A stretch of DNA of 64,000 bases, from assembly GCA_905178155.1 (NCBI GenBank), contig CAJINV010000003.1:7673882-7737881 (forward strand). Reading direction: 5' to 3'. The notes beneath the pieces are model-generated. The model saw only the letters and a list, made by a program, of their open reading frames with translations, was not told the DNA's origin and did no database searches. Position numbers and translations under genes: made by a program. The DNA is from Amoebophrya sp. A120 (taxonomy: Eukaryota > Protista > Dinoflagellata). This document shows positions 10,845-24,700 of this stretch, piece after piece. Position 1 is the first letter of the stretch. Each line of letters opens with the position of its first letter.

Positions 10845-13800
10845 TCACGATCTAGTCAGCGGCTTCCAGTCTGGGCGTGGCTGCGGCTTCTCCTTTTCCT
10901 TCTGGAGTAACCCCAACTGGATCTGCTGCAGACTTTCGAAGCCCCCGAAGTTCCGCACAAGTGTGCGGTAGGTCTCCGACCCGGCGAGCTTCGTCACGCA
11001 AACGCCGGCATTTTTCTGAGCCGGCCCGCTCTCCTTGCGTAGGTACTCGATAAAAGGCTCCACCACGCCGCCTAGGCCGAAGGTTTTCTTTCCGATTTTT
11101 TCAAAGTCTACCAGCTTCTCAAACAGCACCGCCAGGTTCCCGCGGCAGTTCGTCTGCATCTTCTTCACCTTGTCCGTTTCGGTCGGGGAACAATACTCCG
11201 TTGGCTTCAGGAAGCACACGAGACGCACCAGATTGGGCAGAAAGGTCTTGCGCGGGTCGACCGCGCCCGGACTCGCCGGTGCCTCGCGCACGAACAGCAG
11301 CTGGAACTTCGGCACCTTGCACACGCAGCTGGAACCAAGTTTCACGTACGCCTCGAGGTACTTCATTTGTTCCTCGTCGTCCAGATTCACCTCCCCGTGG
11401 TCCTTGTTCTTCACAATATCCTGGAAAGCAAACGCCTTGTCCACCGCTCGAAATAGCACCTCGGCAAACTCTTCCGTGACGCTGGTTGGCTCCGCGAGAA
11501 CGACTTTTTGCCTGCATAAAGTGTGAAAAACTTTCTGGCAGCATCGTAAAAGCAGTTCTTAAATCATACTTACTCCTCGAAACCAGCTCACGGATGATCT
11601 CCGACGAAAATGCTAGCCTTCAATGACAAAAACGTAGTATATTTTATAAAAACCGGTCTTTTACGAGATATTTGCGGCTCGCATTCGGCCCTCGTCGGTC
11701 CCGTGCTGCAGGTAGTGTGCAAGGCTCTCCTTCCCCTTGGCTGCGACAAGAGGTCGCGCAGCGGCCGAAACGTTTACAAGATTCTGGAGGGCGCCAAGAT
11801 ACTGTTCTTTCAAGTCGCTCAGACGCCCTGAGGGTAGTAGCTGTGTTACCCCTTCGTTTTTCGCGTACTCGGCTAGGACGTTGAGCAGCGGGTCCAGGCA
11901 GCGCTGTGAAGGGCAGTTATTGCTTTTTAGTATATTGAATTATTATACTTACTTACTTGGTGTACAATGGAGCATGGTTTGGTATCCGGAGGTGCTAGAG
12001 GTTCGAGACTTTGTCTTGTGCACGCCGGCACATCAGAACGGTCTCCTCTCCGATTTTGCTGGCAGCAGCAGCATATAGAGTACTTTGTTGAGAAATTTGC
12101 TTTCAAAAGTCGTACCTCCACTGCGAGAGTCGTGAAAACTGCGTCGGTCTTTCCCATCTCGTTTGCGACAAGGTTGCAAAACAGGTTCAGGGCTGCACTC
12201 TTCCAGTTCATGGGATCGAGTTTCTTTACGATGGATTCGATGATGAGCTCCTTCTCCGATACCAATACCGTTCGGAACTTCTTGCAGTGAAGTTGCAGGT
12301 TGCAAAGAATCTGTTGTCAATTCGATTACGGCGCAACATGGAGTTTGATTTCTGCCATGACAGGTATTCATTCATACATAAACACGCAAAAGCGGTCCCC
12401 GTTTCCGTCGAAACCCGAAAGTGTGGGGCTTCATCAAGAGTTGTACTCGTCGATAAATGATAAAGCCAAAGGCAATATTATCTACAGAAGTGCTGCCAAC
12501 AAATCATTTACCGCCAGAACATAATCGCGCGCGCAGGGCTGCAGCATCATTTCAAAGGACATGTCGTTTTCTAGAATCTGCTCCGGTCGCTCGAGAATTT
12601 TCTCTGCGTGTGGTGGCATCAGGTTTTCCTTCGAATCCACCCGGAGCACGTCAAACAACGGACCCAATCTCTCGGGATACCGCAAGACGAATTCCTAGAT
12701 TGGTTGTTTCAGTGACGAGAAATAGCACATTCATATCAAGGCAACGCAAAGTGAACTGGGGCAACATGGTGAAAGCCAAAGCTCCAACATTCCAAGATCC
12801 TGCATGAGAGTCTTAGGGATAGTCTCTCTGCTGGTCGAGTAGAATCAAACGCCTCGCCCAAGGATAGTACCGTAAGAAACTTTGGCAAGAAATCATGTAA
12901 GTAGTACCGCCATGGCTTGGCTGCTTTGCGCCCGGTGGCTCATGTGATCCATCAGCTTTAAGATGTCGTAGGGGGCCACCGATATGACTGGCCACAAGTG
13001 CCGTGCCGCTGGTGCGCAAAGTTCGCAGTGGAAGTCGCTCTCGCCGCACAGAGGAAGCAGCAGGCCCACGATTCGCTTGATGCTAGCCACGGTGTGCGTA
13101 GTTTCGCTTGCTTTTTCATCTGCGCGCTTCGACGATGTGTCCCCTGTGTTTTGCTGCTTGGGCGCGTATTTCTCCTTCGTCGCGCTTGCGTCCGCACTTT
13201 GCGTCTTCCACCGGTTAGAGAGCGTTTCTAGCTCTGCGAGCAGCAGGTCCAGCTGCGACTTCTGTTCCGTGCTTGCCCGCGCGCAGAACAACACTCGCTT
13301 TTCCTTCTCCTTTTCCAGCTGTACCATCAGCTTCAGGTACTCGCGCTGTGATAAATCGGAAATAGCGGTCGCGGAGGCGGATCTGATCGATCTAGCCGAC
13401 GACGACGACGAGCTAGATGAGGACCCGTTATTTGTTGCTGCAGTCGAGGATAATTCCGTGACCTTGCCGGTACCATTATTTTCATCTTCTTCTTTCGGCA
13501 ACAGGGTCTCGTTTTTCTGTTCCTCGTTTATTTCTTCGTCCTCTTCGTCGGAAGAATCCGCTTCGATTGCAATCCTGCGCATGGCAAAGTCATTTCCGCC
13601 TTCCCCAGACGCGGGCGCCTTTGCCGCTTCCGTTTCCGACGCGGTCGTCGCCGACGAAGATTTCGAATTTCTCGTCGAGGAGGAGGCACAATTTGCGGGA
13701 GGTGCGTCTTTCTTTTCCTCTGAAACATCCTCCTGCAACGAGGCTGCAAGGAAGGCCTGCTGCTTTTGCTTTTCCTCGGCGAGGCGGTTTCGCACTTCCG

Positions 13801-15805
13801 CAGAGTAGCGGGCCTCCGCCGCCGCCTCCTTAGACTTCTTCAGCAGGGCTTTCGCCTCCGCATTCTTCGGGTCTAGCTTCAGTGCCTCCTCCAGGTCCTC
13901 CACGGCCTTTTGCCACTCGTGCAACCCCCGGTACCCGAGCGCGCGCCGCGAAAACGCCTTGAAGCAGAGGTCCTTGGACTTCTCGAAACCGTCTTCGAAG
14001 ATCTCGCACAGCTCGAGCAGCTTGCTGCTGCTGTCCACGGCATCCTGGTACCGGTACGCCTTCACCTCTGCCAACGCCTTGTTCGTCTATCCTGCGCAAA
14101 GCCGTACGTACCCACCCCATACGCACGACGCAAGCACCTCCACTAGACAAAAAATCCAGCAGCTTCATTGCTAACTGCGCATGATGACAAACATGGACAC
14201 TCTACTTGAGAAACAAACTGCGCGGGTGCGACCACTTGGGACATGCAGCGTTGCAGTCGCGTGCAAAATTGATTGCAGCAGCATTCAAAGATCCCCTTCC
14301 GCTTCCACTATGTGATTTTTAGAGCAAAAAAACTTTCGACAAGGCAGATATGTAGTAAATGCAAAATCCAAAAAATAGAACTGAGAAGACCAGGTCATTG
14401 TAGCCAGGGCGAGCTGCTGTACAAGCGCCAGACAAGTGACAGGTGTGCTGGGACAAGCAAATTCAGTCCCTAGTATGTATGCGCGACAAGTCTGAGGTGT
14501 TGTGCGTTTTTAGGCAGGATAGCGTCCACAAGGGCTTCAGATCCTTCTGGTACTCCAGACCCTGCTGGTACGTGTCGATGGCCCTCACGAAGTCCCCCTT
14601 CTGCAGCAGCGCGTTCCCCTCATCCTTGCACCGCGTCGCCTGCAGGTGCCGTTCCTGCCGCTCCTTGTTGCGCTTCTTCATGTCAGCGTCCAGCGCTTTG
14701 AACTGCGGATCGTCTGCGAGTACAGCATTGTGTTCGATTTGAATAGGGTATAATTTCAACTACAGACATCATGGGTGCATCATCTACAACCGGCTGCAGC
14801 AGGTCCCTCTATGTCATATCCGGTTGTAACAACGGCGCAATAAAACATCACGTAGTTATAACTGGACGAGCATGATGAATTCAGTACTATTTTTGTCCTC
14901 TATCAAAGAAGCTCACCTTTGGGTAAAACGGGCTCCATGTTTTCTTCGTCCTCCCCGTCCGAATCCGGTTCCCAGTACTCCCACGCCTTGTAGTTGATCA
15001 CCTTGCTTTTGCCCAGCAGACTTTGGGACTTCTTCCACCGCACCCACTTATCCTTCCGCACTTGGTGCTTCGCCTTTTCCTCCTTGTAGTCGTCCAGTTT
15101 GGCGTACAGCTCCTTGTGGCGCGCCTCCTTGGTCATGAGCGGCCCCTTCTTGCAGCGCGTGCAGTTCTCCAAGCGGTCGGTCAGGTACTCGGTGAAGCAG
15201 AACTTGCAAAAAAGCAGGTAGTCGTCCGCCTGACCCTTGCCGTCACGGCCGTAAAGCAGTTTCTCCTCGCTCTTCCGGATCTGCTCCGCAATGCGGAGCT
15301 CGCGCACTTTCTTCTCAAACTCCTTCTGCTTTTCCGTCTCGGCGGTTTTCGCCGCCTCTTGCTGGTCGAAGGCGTCAAAGTCGGTGATTTTCCCGGACAC
15401 GATGTCCTTGACCTTTTGCGAGACATCGTCCACATCGTGCAGAAAGTTCTGGTACGCTCGGTCAATCTACTGTATCACCAGAAAAAAATCTTGAACGGTA
15501 AATGCAGATTCATTTATTTTTTCACCTCTCGTGGTCGCACCTTCACGAGTGTTATATCTTTTTAGGGCGCAGGAGCGTGAATTGTGCAGTGTAGCGATTG
15601 CGATTCATAACGCCGTTGTTTTGTTATCAAAAATACAAGTGCCTTGGCTCAAGAGTTTTATTCTAGTCATATCTGCAGGATTCATCTGCTCCAGATCTTC
15701 CTTGTTGAAGCGCGGCGCTATAGGCAACCCGGACGATGAAGACGCCGACCCCGTCGTCGGGGGGCCGAGAATCTTCTCCACGTCAATCTCTTCGGTGGGC
15801 GCCAT
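10845..15805 (-). CDS. TTC12: Tetratricopeptide repeat protein 12-like (TPR + ARM), multi-exon
   Basis: FLHDVDDVSQKVKDI N-terminus; FKALDADMKKRNKERQE...KDEGNALLQKGDFVRAIDTYQQGLE...PLWT|NKALAEVK TPR; C-terminal KNAGVCVTKLA...GGFESL; probable ATG at 15805. Confidence 0.8.
14088..14521. mobile_element. Introner-like non-canonical intron in TTC12
   Basis: Ends TATCCTGC...GCAGGATA; flanks TCGTC / GCGTC (4/5); removal restores TPR motif KPLWT|NKALAEVK; no GT-AG placement within the repeat. Confidence 0.8.
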
Positions 15806-16608
15806 GGTGCGTCGTGGTGAGGTGTAACTGAGTGAAGGCAACCCGAAATACAGGCAAAGACAGACTCTATCGAATCTTCTACGTTTTGAAATCAGCTAGT
15901 TGCAGGTCGTGTCTGTGTCGGCGCGGAACGACCGTTGCGCACGAAAATTTGATGTCTGGCGAATAGCGGACGGTTCGACGACAAGAATTGCGCGATCGCG
16001 CGTCGCTGTTATATATAAGCGACATTTCATCCGAACCCTCTTTCTTCTGGTGGCTCTCCCAGGTCAAAATCACTGACATACACGTCCCAGCCTCAGTACC
16101 ATTGAATTCCACAGCCTCGGTAGCGACCGCAACGCAATCGCCGCTACTCGGCAACAGAGTGCTGTAGTTAATGAGGCGGACGATACGCTTACTCGCCAAC
16201 ACCAAAAATAGCATGATACTGGCGAACGACCATTACCAGAAATAGTAGTGCGCAACGAGTCTACGCTCAATAAATCGATACGCCGTAGTCTATGATGGAT
16301 AAGCGCCACAATCCAGGTCATCGCTGTGCACTTCAGTAGGCCGGCGCATGGGAATCAATCCTATTTTATTTCGCTGTTAGCCGAACGTCTTTTAAAAACT
16401 TTAACTTTTTGTTTTCATTTCCTGGATACAGTTTCATTTTCTGACATTCTGCTCCATTTCATTCACAATCCCATATCAACACAGGAAACCTTCCATCGCA
16501 TATCATAAACTAGTGCTCTTGCATAGTGAGTCTGAGTGCAGCCACAAATAAGTAGGCCGCATTACCCCGAAGGCACTTTGTCGCTCGGCGGCCTCTTGTT
16601 TTACTTCT

Positions 16609-17993
16609 TCACGCGGTTTTCTTGCTGCTAGGGCGCTCGAAGCCTTTGTAGACTTCGTGGATACTGCCTGCCGGAATGCGGCAGAAGGGCTGGCCGGTCG
16701 TGTCCGAGACGCACAGCTGAAGTTTGAAACTTACGAGACCCCCGTTAGCAATTTTCCGCGTTTTGGCGAGCATTGCCAGCTCCGGCTCCTCGGTGGGTGG
16801 AAGGTACAGGTTGAAGAAGTGCTTGAACCACAAGGAGTGCCCCGCGACGACGAGGGGCTTTTCTACTGCGCCCGTGCCGCGGAAAACCGAGTTTGAACCC
16901 TCCCGCTCTCCCGCGAATTCGCGAAGCCGCGTCAACCCCGTCCGTGAGAGCGTTTTGTTCCCATCGAATTGCGACACGTCTAAGTTCCGCCGGTACATGC
17001 TCGCGCACACCGGGTACTTGGCCTCTTCCACGGCGCTCACGGTCGGAATCTCTCGGGCTTGCGTCATACCTTGGGTGGGGTGGGGGCAAGTGGGGGTGAA
17101 GGGCGTTCGTTTTGCCTTTCCAGAAGTAAGCACCTAAAGCAGACGGAATGCACACCAGGCCGAGATTTCTTGAAAATTAATTCTTGCTGTACTCGCTGTA
17201 TCCACGTTCCGGGATATTTCCTGGAGGCAGTGAAGTACTCGCACTTTTTTCGTGCGCAAACGACGTGGGAACGCGAGGAGCAGTGTTGAGATTGCCCGTC
17301 GCAGGGGACTGGTGACAAATTCCGCGTCACTGGGCACCCTAGCCTCGACATCGTCCGCCATCTCTGACGCCTGGCGCAGACCTAGGGAGATCATATTTCC
17401 ATTTTTTTGATCGCGACGCCTGCACAATGACAAACCCTGCCTGTGCGAGAAATGTGTGCCTAGCATTTGATGAGTACATGGCCTTAGATGGCAGCTGAAC
17501 CGCGTGACCGGCGGGTCTTTGGCTTCGGAGAGAGGGTAGGTATACCTTCGCCGTTGAGCGGGGAGTCCAGGAACAGCGAGTCGGCAAACCCGAGCAGAAG
17601 TTCCCGGACGAACGCGACGACGAGCCTGAAAGGTGCTGCGACCACGGGTTTTTTGTTAAACACCCAGTTCCACTCGCTCTCACCGTGTCGCAGGAAGTAC
17701 ACTTGCCGCTCGCGAATCACCCGCCCCTGCAACTGCGCGGCGCTCGGGGGCTTCGCCTTTTTCAGCCCTTTTGCGTCCGAGGACACAATCATGTAGACCA
17801 CGAAACGCAGCCAGGTAAGCGCGTAGGGCACGTATGACAGCAGAAACACGAAGGTCAATACCGTCGCGGTTGTTCCGAGGATAGGGCTCGCGGTTGCGAA
17901 TGCGCGCGCGGTGCTCAACCCGACCTGCGCGACGTCGACTGCTGCTTCCATTGCGGCGCCAACCGGCGAGTCGGCCCCGCCGCCCCACGACAT
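16609..17993 (-). CDS. Histidine phosphatase / phosphoglycerate mutase family protein, multi-exon
   Basis: VYFLRHGESEWN, DSPLNGEG|LRQA, TSPLRRAIST, LQEISRNVD, VVAGHSLWF; N-terminal TM segment. Confidence 0.85.
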
Positions 17994-18419
17994 CCTGAAT
18001 AGAGAAGAAGACAGTCGGCCGCCTTGGAACGACTCAAACTAGCACAAGAACGAGAAAACGGCTCCAGCTCGAGGAGACCTGCACTCTGGCCGCGCTTCGG
18101 TCGCGCAACCAAGTCGGCTTCAGATGCAGCACTTAACTCTAGGATCGACAAGACTAGCGCATTGCTTAGAGTTGGGGGCGGTTCCTTTCCCGGACAGGCG
18201 CTGAAACTTGATGGGCGTTGCTAACCAAGGGACGCAGAACACTTGTAAAAATCGTGCCCGAGTGGCGTCCGGCACGGAGCCGCGGAGCGTCGCTTCTCGC
18301 CGGACGAGATGACCGAAGCAGTCCCGCGCCAGCTGACCACAAGATGGCACTGGCGGCCCGGCGGGGGACGGGGGGGGGGGAGCTTCCGCGGCGGGTCGCG
18401 TCGCGGACCGGGAAGGGCG

Positions 18420-18743
18420 CCGACACCGTACACCCCGCAGCCCAGGGGCCCGCCGGCGCAAAGTACCGCGATCCCGGAGCCCGACGGCGGAAAGGACCGC
18501 ACTCCCGGGGCCGGCCGGCACAAGATACTGCGTCCCGGGGGCCGACTGGCGCAAAATGATGTATCCTCCAGGCTGGAGAGCCCTGGGGCCTGCAGGTGGA
18601 CAATTCCGCAACCACAGGGCCCACCGAAGTACAATATCGCAACCTGAGAGCTTCCCGGCGCAAAGTATCGCAACAAGTGGTCCGCTCCTTGTAAAAGAAT
18701 GACACTGTCGGGCCCACAGCTGGTCCAAAATACTGTGACCTAG
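18420..18743. repeat. Degenerate 31-bp-period GC-rich repeat (left of the LTR element)
   Basis: GGCGCAAAG-like anchors at 18455, 18486, 18517, 18548, then 18595, 18626, 18657. Confidence 0.7.
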
Positions 18744-21700
18744 TGTCAAAATCCTCCCAGATTTCACCAGTAAACCAGCAATAACTGCGAAACTGGCCAA
18801 AACTTTTCTGGCAACAACTTCCACGGGAGCAGTAAAGTTCTGCCAAGGCGAAGCAGGAATACGGGAAGTTTTGGACTTGGTGGATATCTTGCGGCTAAGA
18901 CGTCCGCTGTGGCTGTACTCGGGCGACCGTGCGGCGTGGCTGTATATACACCACACCGCACCAAGGAAGCAGTTACTTGGGGCACTCACTCAGAAAGGTG
19001 GGCCAGGTTTAGCATCTCTTACGGGAGAACGCCATACCTGGTATGCAGACGGTACAGGCATCCGCTGCTACGCGGACAACGTCAAAAATGGTCCAGATAC
19101 CGCGGGAAAGTTTTTCCCCCTTGCCACCGAATTTCCTGCGCGAAGATTCTGGAAAGGTGAAAGCAAGTTGGAAATTGTGTAAGAACGAGGAAACCTGCAG
19201 CGGTTTGCGCGACAGCTGCCGGAAAAGGATCCAGCGTCGTGGGTATCGGGAAGTCAGGAAGAGTCACAATAAGTCTTCTATTGGTGTTTATAAAAAGTCC
19301 CTATTCTTTTCAGGGAACAGCTTCAGGCTTAACAATTAGAAGAGAAAGAGAATAAGTGGCCAACTCTTTTCGAAAAGATCCACGCGTGGAGATCATCTTC
19401 GTGCTTATTTTTTGTGACAAAAAGATGAACTCTTCAGCAAGTTACTCAGAAAAGGAAAAGAAGACGTCTTTATCATCTGTGGAAGCGTCTTCTCATAAAA
19501 AGATCTACACTTTCTGCGTGCGAGCATTGGGCAGATCTTAGCTGCTGTCTCATTGGTTGGCGGTTTTGGTGGTCGTGCTTGTTTTTGAAATTATCATTAA
19601 GAATTTCTTTTCAGGGAAAATCATTTTCAAGCGGCTGTATCTTTCTTCAGGCGACAAAAAGATTTAAGATTGGAGCAAAAGCAAAAAAGTGAATCAACGC
19701 TACTTATTTGAAACAGGCGACACATCTCCACTGCAGTCATTCTTTGCATCCTTTTAAATACAGCGACTATTTACAGCGACAACTTTAAAGCGACTCTCTA
19801 AGCGACATTTTGAAAAAAACTTCCTTTGCTGTATCTCGAAAATAAACCCCAAAGATTAACTTAATCTGACTCCTTCCTGCACGATGCCGCCGAAGGCAAA
19901 GGCCAAGCCCAAGGCAAAGCCGCAGGTGAAGAGGCAGCCACGCAGCCATGGACTGCCTCCAGGACAACAGGCGCTGCCGAATCAGCAGGAACAACAGCCG
20001 CAACAGCAAGGAAATAACGCTGCTGGTCAGCTCCAGACTCCTGCGGGTTTTATCCCTATATTGGATCCGAGTGGTAATCTGGTAGGGATTCAGCAGCTGG
20101 CTCCGGCTGCTCCTGTGATCGCCAACCCCGGGGCTAAACCGAAGGCGGCTAGGGGAAGACCGCGTACGTCTAGTGGACATAAAAGACAGCTAAAGGCAAA
20201 ACGGCAGGCGAGGTGGAAGGAAAAGAAATTCGGGAAGAAGCAGTCAAAGAAGAAAGGAAAAGGGAGAAGGAGAGACGTGCTGTCTGATAGTTCGGAGTCG
20301 GAGGAAGAGAACAACAATTTTTTAGCAATCGAAAACGCACAAGGAGAAGGACTTCTTGCTATCGAGGATATTCCCCGTGACCCTCCGGTTGTCCAAGATG
20401 AAGCCAACGAATACGGCAACCGGTCTCCTGCTTTTGTCCCGGATCAAGGGCAAGAAAACGCAGGAGGAGAAGCACCAAGAAATGCGGGAATTATTAATGT
20501 ATCTATCACTCCGAACACAGGACCGGCTCCGTCCCCGCCTCCACCTCCGGTGTTGATTTTAGGAGCAAGCTCTTCTTCTGGGAGCCAGAATGTAGCACAA
20601 GGACATGCATCGTCTTCATCTTCTGGTGTACCGCGACCATTTCCGCTGCCGCAACTTCGTCCACGTATTCAGCCGAAGGCGAAAATTGGACAGTTGAACA
20701 TGTCCAGGATCAACCGTCTGTGTGCCGGTAAGCCTCCGAGCTCCGGGTCTGATTCTTCAAACAGCTCGGGATCTGACACGTGCACGGAGTCAGATGAGGA
20801 CGAAGAGGAGCACGCAATGCGAAAACAACAAAAATATTTAAACAAGGAAAACAGCAAAAAGCGGAAGCGCGGCTGCAGCTTTGACCGTGAAGAAGAAAGA
20901 GCTGTGCGTCGCGCGGAAACGGAAAGACGTTTTTGGCCTACCTATGGCGAGGATGATGACGAGGAGGAAGAAGAGGAAGAAGAAGGACAAGTGGATCTTC
21001 GTGGTGCAAAGTACGGACCAATTCTAGACATCGGAGATGATTTAAACGACTTTATTGTAGATGATCCTCTTGAAGCAGGAGTGGAAGAAGGAGAGGTGTT
21101 GGAAGACGGAGTTTACGTGTCGACTGTGTACGAAGATGCGCAACTGCGGATCACCATTATTCGTCGACCGGGAGAGCGGTGGCCAAAGGGTCTGCGGGTT
21201 TTCTGGAAGACGTCTAAACCTACGTTGACGTTGGAAGGATACAATCCGGAAAAATTCGACCGGTTTCTGTACCAAACAAAGGACACCGGTTTTGTTGACA
21301 AAACAGAACTCACGGAGTGGGCCCAAGTGATTGTCAACACAATTGACGGGCAGAATCGAACCTGGGATTATTTAACCGACTCTATGGTGGAAAACGACAA
21401 TGTGCTTGATTTTATCAAGTACATGCGGGGCCTTCAAGCAGCAGCTGCCTCCGCTCCTGTGCCCACAGCCTTGGACGAGTTAGATGACCTGTTCGCAGAT
21501 GACAACCCAGTCGCTCCGGCTGCAGTACAACCGTCTCCAACTGCTACTTCAGTTCAGACTTCTACCACGACAACGACTCATGCTCAACCCTCCACAAACA
21601 TCAGTTCAGCTCAGCCTTCGACAAACGTATCAAATACAACTGCGTCTTCATCAGTGGGTACGACGAAGAAAAAGGAGAAAAAGGAAACATTGCTGCCAAC

Positions 21701-24700
21701 CGAGTCAGATGAAGAGGGTGGAGACGAAAATGGGAATGAACCATCTCCAGAACAAGAACTCCCTGCCTCGGTGAGTCCTGAAAAATTAATTGAAGAAATT
21801 ATTTCCCCGACGGAAGCTCAACAAAACTTGACTCGCTTCCTGGGAAATAGCAGTGTCATTGTGGGAGGACGCACATCAGCGAGCGGCAGCAGTGCCAGTA
21901 GCGCTGCCGATGACGACCATCGCTACCCTCCTTTTCAGCTCGGAGAAGACATAGATTGGGATCCCTCCATGCCGTTGCCTGCCCCGTTTCCGACCATCAA
22001 CTCTCCGGCTCACAGTCCAGATGTGCAGCCAGAATCGGCCACGCAGAACGTTCTGCCTTTATCTGATTTGGACCATGCTCTTCCCGATCTGGACATTGCT
22101 ACCCTGGACCACCTGATCAATGTAACCGCGGAATTGGCGGGGCAAGAAAATGAAGACGTTCAAACCGGTTCGTCGCAGCTGCAACAACAGGCGTCTCAGG
22201 TTGAGCCGCTGGATCAGTCGATTTATGAACAAGTGGTGGCTGACCAACAGCTTGCGCTGGCATTGATGCAAGAGGAGCAAGCACTGGGACCGCTGGACAT
22301 TGGCACTACCTTAACGGGGGAGCGGTATAATGCAGATGTGCATCTACAAATCGCACCGAGCCCAGCGATGGCGTTTACTCCGGCATTGTTGCCGGGTGCT
22401 GCATCATCATCGTCTTCCGCGGCGCAGAACCACAACGACTTCCATCACCACAACATTGATCAACATTGGTCGGGAAGGAGACGCTCTAGATCAAGAAGGA
22501 GGCGATCAGTTTCTCGTGGAAGACGCAATAATGGGCTGCTAGCACGACGTACTCCGAGCAAGAAGTGGAGCAAGAGACATGATCCCTCCCACGCGCGGCG
22601 TAGGGAGTGCAAATACTTCTGTCAACTGCATGGTTGGAATACCACGCACGCCAGCGACGACTGTTATCGTCTAAACGACATTACGGAGTATGTGCAGGTA
22701 GAATGGAATCTGTGGGTTCCCTGGCACATCTATTGGAGGGATTACGCACATCTTTATTGGAACAACGCCGACGAGGAATGGAGAGATGAAGCAGTCGCAG
22801 CAGAAAACTCGTACACTCGAGCTCATCCAGAAGAACAAGAACCGGAGGCGGAAGCACCGCCACCCGTTACTCCTGTCGCTGCTCCTCAAGAAGATGTTGT
22901 AATGGAAGACGTGGAAATGGAAAATGCAAACAACAATGATCCCGTCCCGGTGGAGCCAGTGACTCAAGAGCAGCCTTCCGCAGGTGCGCGACGCGGTTCT
23001 CCAATCCCCGAATCCAGCCCGTTGGATGAAGATCGTACCCGTCGTACGTCTTCGGACATGGAGATCGATCTCCCTTCGGAAGGAAGTGATGAGATCTTTG
23101 GGGATGGGCAGGAAAACGAAGAGGAGACGGAAATTGCATCTCCGCCTCCTTCTGCGTCTCCACCTGAAACACAGCTGGCGATCTTTGACCCGGAAGTTAG
23201 AAAGGAGAAGCTGCGGGTTTGGGGATTGAACGTCAACGCTGTCCGATCTACGACGGAACAAATTCGGAACTTGCCGGAGTTCAAGAAAATTCTGGAAAAA
23301 TACGGAACAAATAAGTTCTTGCAGTTGGTCCGCTACGGTTTTAACAAGAACATGGCTTCTTCGCCGGTGATTGGGTTAGTGGATGGGGCCATCGAGCATC
23401 AACGGGAATTGGAGAGCGATGAGCAAATTCCCGCTTCTCCGTCTCCTGGAGATGTAGCTGCACCTCCACAAGAACAAGAAAATGCAGATCAAGAATTAAC
23501 GTCTCCTGACTTGTCACAACAAGGAATTCCCGTGAACAACGTCGCCTCGATCTTGGATGACGCCGTTGGTGCGACGGCTGAAGAGGAAGAAAGCTTTGCA
23601 ATGATGGATGAAATTCCCACGGAAGGACAAGAACAGGCAGAAGACCTTACAAGGATGTATGAAGTTCACACGGGAGATTATCTGCCGATTTTGTTCGGAT
23701 CTCCTGTGTCTCCAGAACAACCTGTTGTTCCATTGTGGTCTGATTTTGTGGAACAGGGAGGAAATGAACAAGAATTGGAAGCTCCGCGTTCTCCAGAAAA
23801 AGACGTCCAAGAAGAATACGAACCAGGTGGTGATGACAGTAATGAGAACGTCGGAAATGCTGACCAGGAGAATCAGCAGGCCAATGATCAGGATCTCGGT
23901 GGAAACAACAACATCGTCGTTCAAAACAACAACGTCGTCGTGCAGGACAATAATCAACAAGTGATTGCAAACATGTCTCCCGCTGTTGATCAAGGAAATA
24001 CGGCAAGCATAGCCGTGCAAACGACGGGCGATGATCAACAGGCGCAAGTAGATAGAGAAATTGATCTTGATGTGCAACCAGGAATTTACAACCTCGCTCC
24101 TGGAACTTACAACGTAAACTTCAGGATCTCGGAAGAGCGGCCCTGCAATATCCAGTAAAAGAACAATTCGTTACCAGCAAGGCAGAATAGAATCATCCGG
24201 AATAACATCAGAAGAATCCAGCAGTAGTCGCGAAAAGACGGGATTGAAGAGATGCGAAAAGGAGATGATTATCCAAAGAAAGATATTCGAACTATCTTCA
24301 GATTAGAGCGTGAGTATAACTATCACATCCTTTTATATCAAATGGGTAGCACTTCTCATTCAATAGATGAAAATCGCTGCTTCAGAAAAGACGTTTTTTC
24401 CAGAACCAAAGCAATACGCGCTTGCATCTACTGAGGCGTAGGATGCTAAGTGATCCATCAATTTCAAATTCCTCGGTAAAGTTTTTTGCTGAAGAACAAC
24501 TTATTGGAAAAAGCAAAGAAATAAAGCTGTCAAATATTCATCGGTGAAGACTGGATTGTCAATACTTGTTTTTTGGTAATAAGAAGAACACTGGGACACA
24601 CAAGTAACAAGACCTATAAAAGACAGCTTAATAAAAAAACTCATTCATCTTTTTGTTTCGCACGATCATCGGGCACAATCTTGAATTTTTATATCTCTCT

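Noticed and set aside
12678-12911. GCGGTA direct repeat suggesting another introner in TTC12
   Set aside because: Joining at the repeat breaks the frame; a canonical GT-AG intron gives in-frame MA|EFVLRYP
15644-15653. TTGGCTCAAG, matching the spliced-leader 3' end
   Set aside because: Only 10 nt and antisense within a probable coding exon
18120-18989. Overlapping 289/226/151-aa minus-strand ORFs
   Set aside because: They run through the GC-rich repeat, and the longer two cross the LTR boundary; no coherent protein signal
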